The notes under the pieces are model-generated. The model made no database searches and had not been told where the DNA came from. It was given only the letters and a program-made list of their open reading frames with translations. From contig CAVSBQ010000002.1 in assembly GCA_963726265.1 (NCBI GenBank), positions 384,001 through 448,000 on the forward strand: 64,000 nt of DNA, written 5' to 3'. Each line of letters starts with the position of its first letter. Within the stretch, counting starts at the first letter, position 1. Shown piece by piece: positions 48,477 through 58,606 of the stretch. The translations under genes were made by a program, and so were the position numbers. This stretch comes from Candidatus Aenigmatarchaeota archaeon. GTDB taxonomy: Archaea; Aenigmatarchaeota; Aenigmatarchaeia; QMZP01; QMZT01.

Positions 48477-49754
48477 CTACCTGTATTCGCTGTCTGTCTG
48501 GTATTCGGACTTGAAGACGTATTCGCTCTTGACGCTGTATGTGTTATCCAGAATCGTCTCGGCGCTGACTTCGTACCTGTTCTTTTCCTCATCTTTGATT
48601 TCCTCGATTTTGGGCGGCTTGAACTCAACCAGCGTTTCCTCTTCATATTCGTATTTTGTCTGGTTCAGGGTTGATGACTGGAATCTCCATAACAGCTTCC
48701 CTTCCATGGTAAGGCAATACAGGTGACAGTCATATGAACCGAAATAAATTCTGTTGTTGGCTATCAGCGGGTTGCTCCATATTTTGCCGCCTGTTCTTAA
48801 TCTCCATATTTCTTTGCCCGTGTTTTTGTCGAGGCAATAAAAATTGTCATCAGAAGAACCAAAAAACAACTTCTCTCCGAAAATGATCGCGTCGCTTCCT
48901 CCTTCGTCATGCCCTGTCTCAAATCTCCAGATTACTTTCACTGTTCCAATATCAACTGCGTACAAAGTCTTGTCATGGGAATGAATGTAGAGCACTCCAT
49001 TGTGCGCAATCGGAACAGCGTTGACGAATCCGCCTGTCCTGAACCTGAATTTTTCCTTTCCATTGTGAATGTCGACGCCGTAGACGTTGAAATCATCAGA
49101 ACCGAAATATATGACTCCGTCCTCCGCAGAAAACCTGTTCTGCGAGAATATGTTGCCCGATGTTTTGAAGCGCCATTTCTCCTTCCCTTCCAGATCAAGG
49201 CAGTAAAAGTTTGTATCAGACGAACCAACGAAAATCCTGCCATCTGCAAATGTGGGGCTTGACGCTGTCCAGCCGCCGGTTCTGAAAGCCCATATCATTC
49301 TGCCACTTTCGCAGTCCAGACAATAAATGTGGAAATCCTTCGACGTGAATATCACTTTGTTCCCGACGACCAAGGCAGAAGAACCGAATATCTTGTCTCC
49401 TGTGCGGAAGCGCCAGATCTCTTTGCCTGTCTTTGAATCTATGCAATAGAAGTTGTGGTCGTAATTGCCTACGAACAATTTTCCCTTCCAGTATGCGGGA
49501 AACGGGTCAACAAAAGGCGCCTCTGCTTTGAATTTCCAAACCAATTTGCCTGTTTCAGGGTTTATGGCATACAGGTATCCGTCCTGGGCGGCGATGAAAA
49601 GCTTATCCTCGTAAATCACAGGAGCGGCGTCTATGCTTCCGCCACCCTCATGTATGTGCCATATCCTGTAGGCTTTTTTGTTTTTCTTCGCAAAATCGCC
49701 CAGGTCGAACTCTGAACCAATGGTCGACATGAACAGATCGTCGCGTGGAGCCAT
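48477..49754 (-). CDS. PQQ-like beta-propeller repeat protein, no signal peptide
   Basis: Repeated GSxDxNFYCLD..TGKEIWRF.T units. Confidence 0.88.
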   Translation of the reverse strand: MAPRDDLFMSTIGSEFDLGDFAKKNKKAYRIWHIHEGGGSIDAAPVIYEDKLFIAAQDGYLYAINPETGKLVWKFKAEAPFVDPFPAYWKGKLFVGNYDHNFYCIDSKTGKEIWRFRTGDKIFGSSALVVGNKVIFTSKDFHIYCLDCESGRMIWAFRTGGWTASSPTFADGRIFVGSSDTNFYCLDLEGKEKWRFKTSGNIFSQNRFSAEDGVIYFGSDDFNVYGVDIHNGKEKFRFRTGGFVNAVPIAHNGVLYIHSHDKTLYAVDIGTVKVIWRFETGHDEGGSDAIIFGEKLFFGSSDDNFYCLDKNTGKEIWRLRTGGKIWSNPLIANNRIYFGSYDCHLYCLTMEGKLLWRFQSSTLNQTKYEYEEETLVEFKPPKIEEIKDEEKNRYEVSAETILDNTYSVKSEYVFKSEYQTDSEYR

Positions 49755-49811
49755 AACCAAGTTTTATTTAAAAGATTAATAATGTTTAAGTGGAGTAGTA
49801 AAAGGGATTGT

Positions 49812-50537
49812 ATGCTTTATTTGATTGGCCTTGGCCTGTGGGACGAGAATGACATTTCCCTTCGTGGCGTCGAAGCCTGCAAACGGGCGGACAGGGTCTA
49901 CTGCGAGCTCTACACGGCCGCGTGGGGCGGCGACCTGGAAAAACTGGGAAAAATAATCGGCAAAGGGATTGAGCCGCTCGAGCGGGCGGACGTCGAGGAG
50001 CGTTCGGGGAAACTTATAGCAGAAGCGAAGGTGAAAAACATCGCGCTCCTCGTTCCGGGCGACCCGCTCACTGCGACGACGCACGTCCATCTCCTGATGG
50101 AATGCAGGGGAAAGCACATCGCCTTCGAAATTGTTCATTCTTCTTCGATTTATACAGCAGTCGCGAGGACCGGGCTGCAGCTCTACAAGTTCGGCAGGAC
50201 CGCGACCGTGATTACGCCTAAAAAGGGTTACGAGAGCATCGGTTTCTACGATACTATTGCTGAAAACCAGAAACTGGGACTGCACACGCTCCTGCTGCTC
50301 GACAGGGACATGGGCACCAGGCAGGCGCTCGAAATCCTCAGCGGCATCGAAAAAAAGAAAAGGGGGAAGCTGCTGAAGCACGCCGTCATCTGCTCCGCGC
50401 TGGGCTCGGAGAACGAAAGGATGATGTACGGGAAGGTTGACAGCCTGCTCAGGATCGACCTGCCTCCGCCGGCAGCCGTAATCGTGCCTGGGAAGCTGCA
50501 TTTCTTGGAGAAGGAGTTTCTGGATACTTTTCGTTAG
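49812..50537 (+). CDS. dph5: Diphthine synthase
   Basis: MLYLIGLGL, GDPLTATTH, GLQLYKFG, GLHTLLLLD. Confidence 0.95.
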   Translation: MLYLIGLGLWDENDISLRGVEACKRADRVYCELYTAAWGGDLEKLGKIIGKGIEPLERADVEERSGKLIAEAKVKNIALLVPGDPLTATTHVHLLMECRGKHIAFEIVHSSSIYTAVARTGLQLYKFGRTATVITPKKGYESIGFYDTIAENQKLGLHTLLLLDRDMGTRQALEILSGIEKKKRGKLLKHAVICSALGSENERMMYGKVDSLLRIDLPPPAAVIVPGKLHFLEKEFLDTFR

Positions 50538-50539
50538 AT

Positions 50540-50785
50540 TCAGCTGATTTCCCTGTAGAACGAGACGTCTATCGCGACTATTATTATGCCCGCGACCAGT
50601 ATGAGGATTATCAGGAGCAAAACGGTGACCAACGGGCTGACGTAAGCGAAGGAGTAGGCGGCCAGGTATATCAGAAGCGATACGACGGCGATGGCCAGTA
50701 TCACGACTATGTATCTCAGCTTCCTGCTGAACTGCTTCACATGGACCTCGTCCGGTTTGAATGCCATAACATAACCCGATATCAT
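50540..50785 (-). CDS. Small two-TM protein
   Basis: Two hydrophobic helices; AT-rich promoter upstream. Confidence 0.65.
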   Translation of the reverse strand: MISGYVMAFKPDEVHVKQFSRKLRYIVVILAIAVVSLLIYLAAYSFAYVSPLVTVLLLIILILVAGIIIVAIDVSFYREIS

Positions 50786-50858
50786 AACCCGGAATCACAA
50801 TACATATATATATTTAAATAATGTTAACATAAATAATTGTCATTCGCGGAGCCAGAAT

Positions 50859-51674
50859 ATGCACTCGTTGCCTGTATTCGATTTGAGCGGGAAGGAAACC
50901 GGCAAGATTTCCCTACCGCAGGCTTTCTCGGAGAAAGTCAGGCACGACATAATACAGAAAGCGGTCGTCGCCGAAGCGAGCAAGCTGCGCCAGCCGTATG
51001 GCAGCGACCCGCTCGCAGGCCATCGAACGTCGGCTCATTACCACGGCATGCGCCACAGGAATGACACGCAGATGAACAGGGAGATGTCGCGCATGCAGAG
51101 AATCCATGGCCAGGGCTATCTCAACATGACCGCGCGCTTCGTGCCGCAGGCCGTGAAGGGGAGGAAGGTAAATCCGCCGACGGCCGAAAAGATATGGAAG
51201 CTGAAGATTAACAAAAAAGAACGCATCAAGGCACTGAAAGCGGCGCTTTCCGCGACGCTTGACAAGAGCCTCGTCGCCAAGAGGGGCCACATGATTTCGA
51301 ACGTCATACACGTCCCGCTGATTCTCGAGGATGACTTCCAGAAGATAAACAGGACGAGCGAAGTGGTAAAAATCCTCGAAAAGCTCGGCTTCTCTGACGA
51401 GCTTAAGAGATGCGGCCAGAGGAAGATAAGGGCCGGCCGCGGCAAGATGAGGGGCAGGAGATACAGGGTGAAGAAAGGCCCGATTGTGATAATAGGCAAG
51501 GACGAAGGCGTGCGCAGGGCGCTGGAGAACATTCCCGGCGTTGACGTGTCGCTTTCGAAAGAGTTGAATGTGCGATTGCTCGCACCGGGAACGCATCCGG
51601 GAAGGCTGGCGATTTTCACCAGAGCGGCGATAGAAGAGCTCAAGGGACTTGATTCTTATGGAAAAGCAAAGTAA
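50859..51674 (+). CDS. rpl4: Ribosomal protein uL4
   Basis: QPYGSDP.AG.RTSA, KINKKE, LAPGTHPGRL. Confidence 0.95.
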   Translation: MHSLPVFDLSGKETGKISLPQAFSEKVRHDIIQKAVVAEASKLRQPYGSDPLAGHRTSAHYHGMRHRNDTQMNREMSRMQRIHGQGYLNMTARFVPQAVKGRKVNPPTAEKIWKLKINKKERIKALKAALSATLDKSLVAKRGHMISNVIHVPLILEDDFQKINRTSEVVKILEKLGFSDELKRCGQRKIRAGRGKMRGRRYRVKKGPIVIIGKDEGVRRALENIPGVDVSLSKELNVRLLAPGTHPGRLAIFTRAAIEELKGLDSYGKAK

Positions 51675-52026
51675 ACAACCGGAAAAGGTAGCGAGACAGG
51701 AGAAGGAAGCCGGGCAGGAGAAAGGCAAGGGAACGAAGGCTGAAGCGAAAATCCAGAAAAGATTCAAAGAGGTCTGGGACATCCTGGTTTACCCGCATCT
51801 TACCGAAAAGTCGATGAACATGGTCGAGCTGGAAAACAAGCTCGTTTTCATAGTCAGCAAGAAAGCGGACAAAGAGGAGATAAAGGAAGCGATAGAGAAG
51901 GAGTTCGAGGTCAAGGTCATGTGGGTCAGGACTGAGATAACGACCCGCGGGCAGAAGAAGGCGTATGTCAAGATAAGCCCTGAATTCTCGGCCGCGGACA
52001 TCGCGTCTAAGCTTGGGATGATATAA
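51658..52026 (+). CDS. rpl23: Ribosomal protein uL23 with N-terminal extension
   Basis: TEKSM...NKLVFIV...KKAYVK. Confidence 0.93.
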   Translation: MEKQSKQPEKVARQEKEAGQEKGKGTKAEAKIQKRFKEVWDILVYPHLTEKSMNMVELENKLVFIVSKKADKEEIKEAIEKEFEVKVMWVRTEITTRGQKKAYVKISPEFSAADIASKLGMI

Positions 52027-52044
52027 AAATCATGTTGATGTAAT

Positions 52045-52716
52045 ATGGGAAAAAGGATAAGGGCGCAAAGGAAGGGGCGGGGAACGCCTACTTACAGGGT
52101 TCCGAGGCGGGGAAAGATTATTAATGTCGAATACAGAACGTTCGGCGGCATCGTAGTCGACATAGTCGACGAGCAGACCAGAAACACGCCGCTTGCAAAG
52201 GTCAGGTATTCTGACGGTAAAGTAAGCTACCTTCTAGCCCCGCTTGGCGTGAGGGTCGGCGACAAGACCGATTTCATCAAGACGCTGTCGGATATTCCGA
52301 TAGGTGCCCAGGTGTTCGGCATAGAGATGTTCCCGTACTCCGGACCAAAGCTCTGCAACACGCCCGGGACTTTCGCGACCGTGCTTTCAAAGGACGAGAA
52401 AAACTGCATAGTTACCCTGCCTTCGAAGAAGACGAAAGAGTTCAACCTCAACTGCAGGGCAAGCATCGGAACGCCCGCAGGCGACGGCCTGAAGGACAAG
52501 CCGTGGATGAAGGCGGGCAAAAAATGGATTGCCATGCACAGGAAAGGCAAGCTTTACCCGAGAACGTCGGGGGTCGCGATGAACGCGCTCAACCACCCGT
52601 TCGGCGGTCCCACGAAACCGGGCACGCCCAAGACCGTGAGCAGGCATGCGCCGCCCGGGGCGAAAACCGGGTCATGGGGCGCAAGAAGGTCAGGGAGGAG
52701 AAGGGGTAAGGTATAA
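52045..52716 (+). CDS. rpl2: Ribosomal protein uL2
   Basis: MGKRIRAQRKG, GVAMNALNHPFGG. Confidence 0.95.
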   Translation: MGKRIRAQRKGRGTPTYRVPRRGKIINVEYRTFGGIVVDIVDEQTRNTPLAKVRYSDGKVSYLLAPLGVRVGDKTDFIKTLSDIPIGAQVFGIEMFPYSGPKLCNTPGTFATVLSKDEKNCIVTLPSKKTKEFNLNCRASIGTPAGDGLKDKPWMKAGKKWIAMHRKGKLYPRTSGVAMNALNHPFGGPTKPGTPKTVSRHAPPGAKTGSWGARRSGRRRGKV

Positions 52717-52746
52717 AAAGGGTAGTGACAAGCTTAATGTGATGCT

Positions 52747-53127
52747 ATGGCGAAATTTGAATTCCGCGGCAAAAGCTTCGAGGCAATAAAAGAGATGAAC
52801 CTGGAGGAGTTCAGCATGATGCTGAAGTCGCGCCAGCGCAGAAGCCTTAAACGCGGCCTGACGGAGAAGCAGAAGAAGCTGCTCGAGAAGATAAGGAAGA
52901 ACCCGAAGAAATTCCACAGAACCATGAGCAGGGATATGATCATTCTGCCGGAAATGGTCGGCGTTAGGATAGGCGTCCACAGCGGCAAGGAATACGTGGC
53001 GCTAGACATAAAGCCGGAGATGCTGGGCCATCGCCTAGGGGAATTTGTCATGACCAGGAAAACGGTCAAGCACTCCGCACCCGGTTTCGGCGCCACCAGG
53101 TCTTCGAAGTTCGTGCCGCTCAAGTAA
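52747..53127 (+). CDS. rps19: Ribosomal protein uS19
   Basis: [21 protein letters not shown]. Confidence 0.95.
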   Translation: MAKFEFRGKSFEAIKEMNLEEFSMMLKSRQRRSLKRGLTEKQKKLLEKIRKNPKKFHRTMSRDMIILPEMVGVRIGVHSGKEYVALDIKPEMLGHRLGEFVMTRKTVKHSAPGFGATRSSKFVPLK

Positions 53128-53136
53128 GTGATTATT

Positions 53137-53520
53137 ATGTTGAAATACGCGCTCGAGCTCAATCCGAAGAAATCGGCGAAAGCGTATGGCAGGGCGCTTA
53201 ACATCTCCACGAAGCATTCCGTCATCGTGTGCCGCGCGGTTTCAGGCATGAACCTTGTGAAGGCGAAAAGCCTGCTCCAGGACATGCTGGACGGCAAAAG
53301 GAGCATGGAGGGGAAATATTACACGAACGTGACCACGGAGATGCTGAACCTCCTGAAATCGGCCGAGTCGAACGCGGAGTTCAAGGGGCTTGACACGGCG
53401 AGGCTGATAGTGTTCGCGTCCGCGCACCAGGGCTTCACGTTCCACAGGCCGAGGCGGACGAAAATGAAGAGCATGGAGAAGAAGGTGACGAACCTGCAGG
53501 TTGTCCTGCAGCAGAAGTAG
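53137..53520 (+). CDS. rpl22: Ribosomal protein uL22 (short)
   Basis: ISTKHS, SAESNAEFKGLD. Confidence 0.9.
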   Translation: MLKYALELNPKKSAKAYGRALNISTKHSVIVCRAVSGMNLVKAKSLLQDMLDGKRSMEGKYYTNVTTEMLNLLKSAESNAEFKGLDTARLIVFASAHQGFTFHRPRRTKMKSMEKKVTNLQVVLQQK

Positions 53521-53543
53521 GCTGATATGGAAAGTGGAAAATT

Positions 53544-54194
53544 ATGCTGATGAAAAAGTTTTTCGTGGATTATGCGGTAAGGAAGACGAAGATAGAGGCT
53601 TTCATAAAGGCTTACCTGCCTGATGAAAGCTATTCAAAAATCGATCTCGAAAGGACGCCGCTCGGCGTGAAGATAATCATACACACAGACAGGCCGGGCA
53701 GGATAATAGGCTCGGGCGGCAGGAAGATAAACGAGATGACGGACAAGCTGAAGGAGGTCTTCAAGCTCGAAAACCCGCAGGTCGACGTCAAGTCGATAGA
53801 ACGCCCGGACCTTGACGCGAAAATCATAGCCAAGAAGATAACGGCCGCGCTGGAGAAGGGCTACAACTACAAAAAAATAGGCAACATCATGATGAAGAAG
53901 GTAATGGACGCGGGCGCGGTGGGCGTTGAAATAGTGATAGCGGGAAAGCTTGGCGGCTCCAAGGGGAGGACTGGCAAATTCATACGCGGCTACATGAAGC
54001 ACTGCGGCCAGCCGGCGAAGGAGCTTGTCGATTACGGTTTTGAAGAAGCGGAGACGAAACCTGGAAAGATCGGGGTGAAGGTCAAGATAATGAAGTCCGT
54101 GCCGATACTGGCAACGGACAAGCCCGAGCCAAAGGAAACCAAGAAGGAAAAGGATAAAAGCCGGGAAACGAAAAATAAAGAAGAGCAGGTTTAA
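53544..54194 (+). CDS. rps3: Ribosomal protein uS3
   Basis: RPGRIIGSGG, GVEIVIAGKL, GKIGVKVKIM. Confidence 0.95.
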   Translation: MLMKKFFVDYAVRKTKIEAFIKAYLPDESYSKIDLERTPLGVKIIIHTDRPGRIIGSGGRKINEMTDKLKEVFKLENPQVDVKSIERPDLDAKIIAKKITAALEKGYNYKKIGNIMMKKVMDAGAVGVEIVIAGKLGGSKGRTGKFIRGYMKHCGQPAKELVDYGFEEAETKPGKIGVKVKIMKSVPILATDKPEPKETKKEKDKSRETKNKEEQV

Positions 54195-54199
54195 TGTTT

Positions 54200-54397
54200 A
54201 TGGCGATTCTGAGAATCAAAGACATAAGAAAAATGGACGACAAGGAGCTCGAAAAGCACGTAAGGAACCTTAACCTTGAACTTTCTAAGGAGCGCGCCAA
54301 CATCCACATAGGCGCATCCGTGACGTCGCCTGGCAGGCTGAGGGAGATTCGAAGGACATTAGCCAGGATAAAGACCATCAAGAACGAGAAAAGGTAA
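54200..54397 (+). CDS. rpl29: Ribosomal protein uL29
   Basis: PGRLREIRRTLARIKT. Confidence 0.93.
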   Translation: MAILRIKDIRKMDDKELEKHVRNLNLELSKERANIHIGASVTSPGRLREIRRTLARIKTIKNEKR

Positions 54398-54490
54398 GAA
54401 TGAAAGCTGACGCGAATTCGCGGCGGACTGGCTCTCCGAATTCTAGCTGTATGTTCATATTCTCTGGAAAAAGGAGCGTGGGATCGGAAA

Positions 54491-54796
54491 ATGACTGAAA
54501 TATGCCCAAACTGCGGTCTGCCCAGGGACATCTGCGCCTGCGAAACGATAGCGAAGGAAGAGGAAAAGGTGAAGGTGTCCTCGATAAGGAAGAGGTTCGG
54601 CAAAAGCGTGACGACCATCGCAGGCATAAGCAGGGACGTGGACATGAAGAACGTCCTCAGGGAGCTGAAGACTAAGCTCGCATGCGGAGGCACCATGAAG
54701 GACGGCGTAATCGAGCTGCAGGGAGACCACAGGAAGAAGATAAAAGACATTCTGGTGAAAATCGGCTTCCCGCCGGAAAAGATAGAGGTTTCGTGA
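54491..54796 (+). CDS. sui1: Translation initiation factor SUI1/aIF1
   Basis: CPNCGLPRDICAC, LACGGT, IELQGDHR. Confidence 0.95.
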   Translation: MTEICPNCGLPRDICACETIAKEEEKVKVSSIRKRFGKSVTTIAGISRDVDMKNVLRELKTKLACGGTMKDGVIELQGDHRKKIKDILVKIGFPPEKIEVS

Positions 54797-54894
54797 ATCC
54801 GTAAAAACCTGACGCCACGAAGGGATAGATTTTCACAACCCTTGGATTCCTTATTTTATATTAATTGCTGCGCCAATCTTAACTGTGATTGTCC

Positions 54895-55173
54895 ATGAGA
54901 ACTCCTGAGAATCTGGTGAGGCACGAGCTCATAGGCCTGAGGGTCAGGGTGGCTGAAAGCCTGAACCCGAAAAGCGCGGGGCTTAGCGGGAAGGTTGTGG
55001 ATGAGACCAGGAACACGTTCGTGATAGAAAAGGCGGACGGGAAGGAGGTCACGCTCTCCAAGGAAGAGCACGTTTTTTCTTTCGAGATCGGTTCTGCCTG
55101 GGTGAAGATAGACGGCAGGCTGCTGGTCGCCAGGCCGGAGGACCGCATCAGGAAAAAATTCAGGAAGTGGTAA
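54895..55173 (+). CDS. rnp1: RNase P protein component 1 (Rpp29)
   Basis: HELIGL, GKVVDETRNT, RPEDR. Confidence 0.93.
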   Translation: MRTPENLVRHELIGLRVRVAESLNPKSAGLSGKVVDETRNTFVIEKADGKEVTLSKEEHVFSFEIGSAWVKIDGRLLVARPEDRIRKKFRKW

Positions 55174-55293
55174 TGCGGGCTTAATGCAGGCGGAATCACT
55201 TTTATAAATATTGTTATTAGTATATCTCCATACTACCTGTCCATATATATTTAAATAATAGATTCATCAATTATTGGATTACAGGCAAAGATT

Positions 55294-55647
55294 ATGAAAG
55301 CCATAAAAGTCGCGAAAGCGAGGGACATAGGGCTCGGCCTTCCTGAGCCCAAGGAATCCTGCGAGGACATCAAGTGCGCGTGGCACGGCAGGCTGCCGGT
55401 GCGCGGCAGGGTTTTCAAGGGCGAAGTGAGATCGGCGAAGTCGAAGAATACGGTCATAGTCGAATGGGGCTACAACAGGTTCGTGAAGAAATACGAGAGG
55501 TTCGAGAAGCGCAAGTCGCGGGTCGTGGCGTATAACCCTCCATGCATGAAGGCAAAGGAAGGCGATACGGTAACGATAGCGGAATGCAGGCCACTCTCGA
55601 AGACGAAAAACTTCGTAGTGGTTAATGTTGCAAGAGGCAAAAAATGA
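55294..55647 (+). CDS. rps17: Ribosomal protein uS17
   Basis: HGRLPVRG, ECRPLSKTK. Confidence 0.95.
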   Translation: MKAIKVAKARDIGLGLPEPKESCEDIKCAWHGRLPVRGRVFKGEVRSAKSKNTVIVEWGYNRFVKKYERFEKRKSRVVAYNPPCMKAKEGDTVTIAECRPLSKTKNFVVVNVARGKK

Positions 55648-56042
55648 AGGGCATACCGACCAAGATGGCATACGGACTTTTCACCAAATCCAGGCTCAAA
55701 TGCGCCGACAACAGCGGCGCCAAGATACTGGAAATCATAGCAGTCAAAGGCTACAAAGGCCGCAGGAGAATGCGGCCGAAAGCCGGCGTGGGAGGCCTCG
55801 TCTTCTGCAGGGTTTACAGCGGTGAGGAGAAGGTAAGGCATCAGGTATTCCGCGCCGTGATTATCAGGCAGAGAAGGGAATTCAGGCGCGCGGACGGCAT
55901 ACGCGTCCAGTTCGAGGACAACGCGGCTGTCATAGTTGACGAGAAGGGCGATCCCAAGGGAACGCAGATAAAGGGGCCTGTCGCCAAGGAAGCGATAGAA
56001 AGGTTCCCGACTGTGGGCAAGATCGCGACGATAGTGGTGTAG
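55644..56042 (+). CDS. rpl14: Ribosomal protein uL14
   Basis: CADNSGAK, FEDNAAV, GPVAKEA. Confidence 0.95.
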   Translation: MKGIPTKMAYGLFTKSRLKCADNSGAKILEIIAVKGYKGRRRMRPKAGVGGLVFCRVYSGEEKVRHQVFRAVIIRQRREFRRADGIRVQFEDNAAVIVDEKGDPKGTQIKGPVAKEAIERFPTVGKIATIVV

Positions 56043-56043
56043 C

Positions 56044-56496
56044 ATGAAAACGTGGTCAAAAAACTGGGTTTCGAGCGTGCAGCCGAGGAAGCAGAGGAAA
56101 TACAGGTATAACGCTCCCATGCACGTGAGGCAGAAATTCGTTTCCGCCCACCTCTCCGAAGCCCTGCGCGGCAGGTTCGGGCGTCGCTCTTTGCCGCTGA
56201 GGGCGGGCGATGAAGTCAAGATCATGCGCGGCTCCAAAAGCGGCTTCAAGGGCAAGGTGGACAACATTGACCTGAAGAGGAGCAAGATTTATGTTGAAGG
56301 CTTCAACGTGAAAAAGGTCGACGGCTCGGAAGTTCTCAGACCGATCGACCCGTCGAATCTTCTGATAGTCGAACCGAAGATGGACGACAAGAGAAGGCAG
56401 ATGATTGTTGAAAGGTCAAGGGGCCGGGAAAAGAAGGCCAATGGAGAAAAGGCTAAAGCCAAGGAAGCCGGAAAGGCGAAAGAGAAGAGTGAATGA
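56044..56496 (+). CDS. rpl24: Ribosomal protein uL24
   Basis: QPRKQRK, GDEVKIMRG. Confidence 0.95.
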   Translation: MKTWSKNWVSSVQPRKQRKYRYNAPMHVRQKFVSAHLSEALRGRFGRRSLPLRAGDEVKIMRGSKSGFKGKVDNIDLKRSKIYVEGFNVKKVDGSEVLRPIDPSNLLIVEPKMDDKRRQMIVERSRGREKKANGEKAKAKEAGKAKEKSE

Positions 56497-56498
56497 TT

Positions 56499-57176
56499 AT
56501 GCATCTCAAGAGATACTCAATACCGAAATACTGGAAGATGAGCAAGAAGGAACGCAAGTTCGTGATTGCCCCAAGGCCGGGACCGCACAGGAAGCTGGAA
56601 TGCATACCGCTTCGCGTGCTGCTCAGGGACGTCCTTAAAGTCTGCAGCGACGCAAGGGAAGCGGACAGCATGATAAGCAGGGGCGAGATACTGGTTGACA
56701 AGAAGGCAAGGAAGGACGCGGCGTATCCCGTCGGCCTGATGGACGTGGTTGAAATGCCGAGGGTGCACAAATGCTACAGGGTTTCAGTCCACAGGCAGGG
56801 GCTGTTCCTCGAGGAAATAACGCACGAGGAAGCCGCCAAAAAGCTGTGCAGGATACAGGGCAAGAGGAAGGTGCGCGGAGGCATGATACAGCTCAACCTC
56901 CACGACGGCAGGAACGTGCTCACGCAAAATAATGATTACAGGCCGAACGACTCGCTGCTCATAGAGCTGCCGGGCCAGAAAGTCCTCGAGCATTTCAAAT
57001 TTGACAGGAATTCCCCGGCCATGATAATAGCCGGAAAAAACCTCGGCGCAAAGGGCAAGATAAAGGAGATATTCGACCGCAAGACGATGATTGAAAGGAG
57101 CAGGATTGTCCTGCAGACGAAAGAAGGGGAGATAGAAACGGTCAAGCAATACGTTCTGGTTGGTGAAATCAAATGA
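56499..57176 (+). CDS. rps4e: Ribosomal protein eS4
   Basis: HLKR, PGPH, YPVGLMDV, LHDGRN. Confidence 0.95.
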   Translation: MHLKRYSIPKYWKMSKKERKFVIAPRPGPHRKLECIPLRVLLRDVLKVCSDAREADSMISRGEILVDKKARKDAAYPVGLMDVVEMPRVHKCYRVSVHRQGLFLEEITHEEAAKKLCRIQGKRKVRGGMIQLNLHDGRNVLTQNNDYRPNDSLLIELPGQKVLEHFKFDRNSPAMIIAGKNLGAKGKIKEIFDRKTMIERSRIVLQTKEGEIETVKQYVLVGEIK

Positions 57177-57697
57177 GCCATACGAATCCGATGAGAGAGA
57201 TACGCCTGGAAAAGGTTACCATCAACATAGGCGCTGGGGAGGCGGGAGCGAAGCTCGAAATGGCGAAAAAGCTGCTCGAAAAGCTCTCCGGCATCAAAAT
57301 CGTCGTGACCAAGACTCACAAGAGGTCGACCTTCGGCGTCGCCAAGAACAGGCCGATTGGCGTCAAGGTCACGCTGCGCGGCGAGAAGGCGAAGGCGTTC
57401 CTTGTGAACGCGCTCAAGGCGAACGAGAACAGGCTGAAGCCGTCCCAGTTCGACAGCAGCGGCAACTTCTCGCTGGGCGTCAAGGAATACATCGACCTCC
57501 CCGGCATCAGATACGACCCGGAGATAGGCATCATGGGCATGGACGTATGCATCACGCTCACCAGGCCGGGATACGGCATAAGCAAGAGGATGATAAGGCC
57601 GAAAAAGGTCGGCAAGGCCCACAGGATAACGCCCGAGGAGGCGAAGGAGTGGGTGCAGAAGGAATTCAGCGTTAAAATAGGGGGAGAGGAAGAGTAA
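57173..57697 (+). CDS. rpl5: Ribosomal protein uL5
   Basis: [33 protein letters not shown]. Confidence 0.95.
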   Translation: MSHTNPMREIRLEKVTINIGAGEAGAKLEMAKKLLEKLSGIKIVVTKTHKRSTFGVAKNRPIGVKVTLRGEKAKAFLVNALKANENRLKPSQFDSSGNFSLGVKEYIDLPGIRYDPEIGIMGMDVCITLTRPGYGISKRMIRPKKVGKAHRITPEEAKEWVQKEFSVKIGGEEE

Positions 57698-57713
57698 GAT
57701 AGCAGGTGCCGTT

Positions 57714-57935
57714 ATGAGTTTCGAGAATGCCAAAAAGCAGATTCAGAACAAGCCGGTGAAACTGGCGAGGTTCATGAAATTCAACAAACCCAAGGACAGG
57801 AAATTCGGGCACGCGGCGAAGCCGTGCAGGCGCTGTGGCAAGACCGAAGGCGTCATACACAAATACGGCCTGTGCTACTGCAGGCAGTGCTTCAGGGAAG
57901 TCGCAAGGGAACTGGGCTTTGAAAAATTCCAGTGA
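57714..57935 (+). CDS. rps14: Ribosomal protein uS14 (zinc-binding)
   Basis: CRRC...CRQCFRE.A..LGF.K. Confidence 0.93.
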   Translation: MSFENAKKQIQNKPVKLARFMKFNKPKDRKFGHAAKPCRRCGKTEGVIHKYGLCYCRQCFREVARELGFEKFQ

Positions 57936-57945
57936 GGTTTAGATT

Positions 57946-58332
57946 ATGAAACACGACACTTTGTCTGACATGTTCACGGTGATAAAGAACGCGGAGAGCA
58001 TCGGCAAGACGGAATGCACGGTGCCGAGTTCGAAAATCATAAAGGAAATACTCAAAATCATGCAGAAAAACAAATACATAGGCTCTTTTGAGTTCATAGA
58101 CGACGGCAAGAGCGGCAAGTTCAGGGTCGAGCTGCTCGGCAGGATAAACGACTGCGGCGCGATAAGGCCGCGCTTCTACATAAACAAAATGGAGTTCATA
58201 CAGTGGGAAAAGAAATTCCTCCCCTCAGTCAGCATAGGGATGCTTTTTGTCACCACGCCAAAGGGCGTGCTTGACCACAGGAACGCGAAAAAGGAAGGCG
58301 TCGGCGGGGCGCTGCTGGGCTACATTTACTGA
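57946..58332 (+). CDS. rps8: Ribosomal protein uS8
   Basis: DDGKSGKF, GRINDCGAIRPRF, GGALLGYIY. Confidence 0.95.
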   Translation: MKHDTLSDMFTVIKNAESIGKTECTVPSSKIIKEILKIMQKNKYIGSFEFIDDGKSGKFRVELLGRINDCGAIRPRFYINKMEFIQWEKKFLPSVSIGMLFVTTPKGVLDHRNAKKEGVGGALLGYIY

Positions 58333-58335
58333 GCG

Positions 58336-58605
58336 ATGCTTATGACCATAGAAAAGGAAATCAAGGAAGCGATGAAGGAGAAGAAGCTGGTAATCGGCAG
58401 CGAAAAGGTCATCGAAGGCATAAAGCACAGCTCGATAAAATACGTCATCGTGCCTGTCAACTGCAGCGATGACATGCTCGGCGACCTGGCTTATTACGTC
58501 AAGAACTTCGGGGTCGAGAGGAAGAGTTTCGAAGGCAATTCCAGGCAGCTCGGCGAAATATGCGGAAAGCCGTTCAACATAATGCTGCTGGGCGTGAAGA
58601 AGTGA
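58336..58605 (+). CDS. rpl30e: Ribosomal protein eL30
   Basis: KLVIGS, LGEICGKPF. Confidence 0.9.
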   Translation: MLMTIEKEIKEAMKEKKLVIGSEKVIEGIKHSSIKYVIVPVNCSDDMLGDLAYYVKNFGVERKSFEGNSRQLGEICGKPFNIMLLGVKK

Positions 58606-58606
58606 G

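Noticed and set aside
54797..55293. RNase P RNA or SRP RNA near rnp1
   Set aside because: Conserved GAGGAAAGUCC and SRP helix-8 motifs not found; spacers are too short
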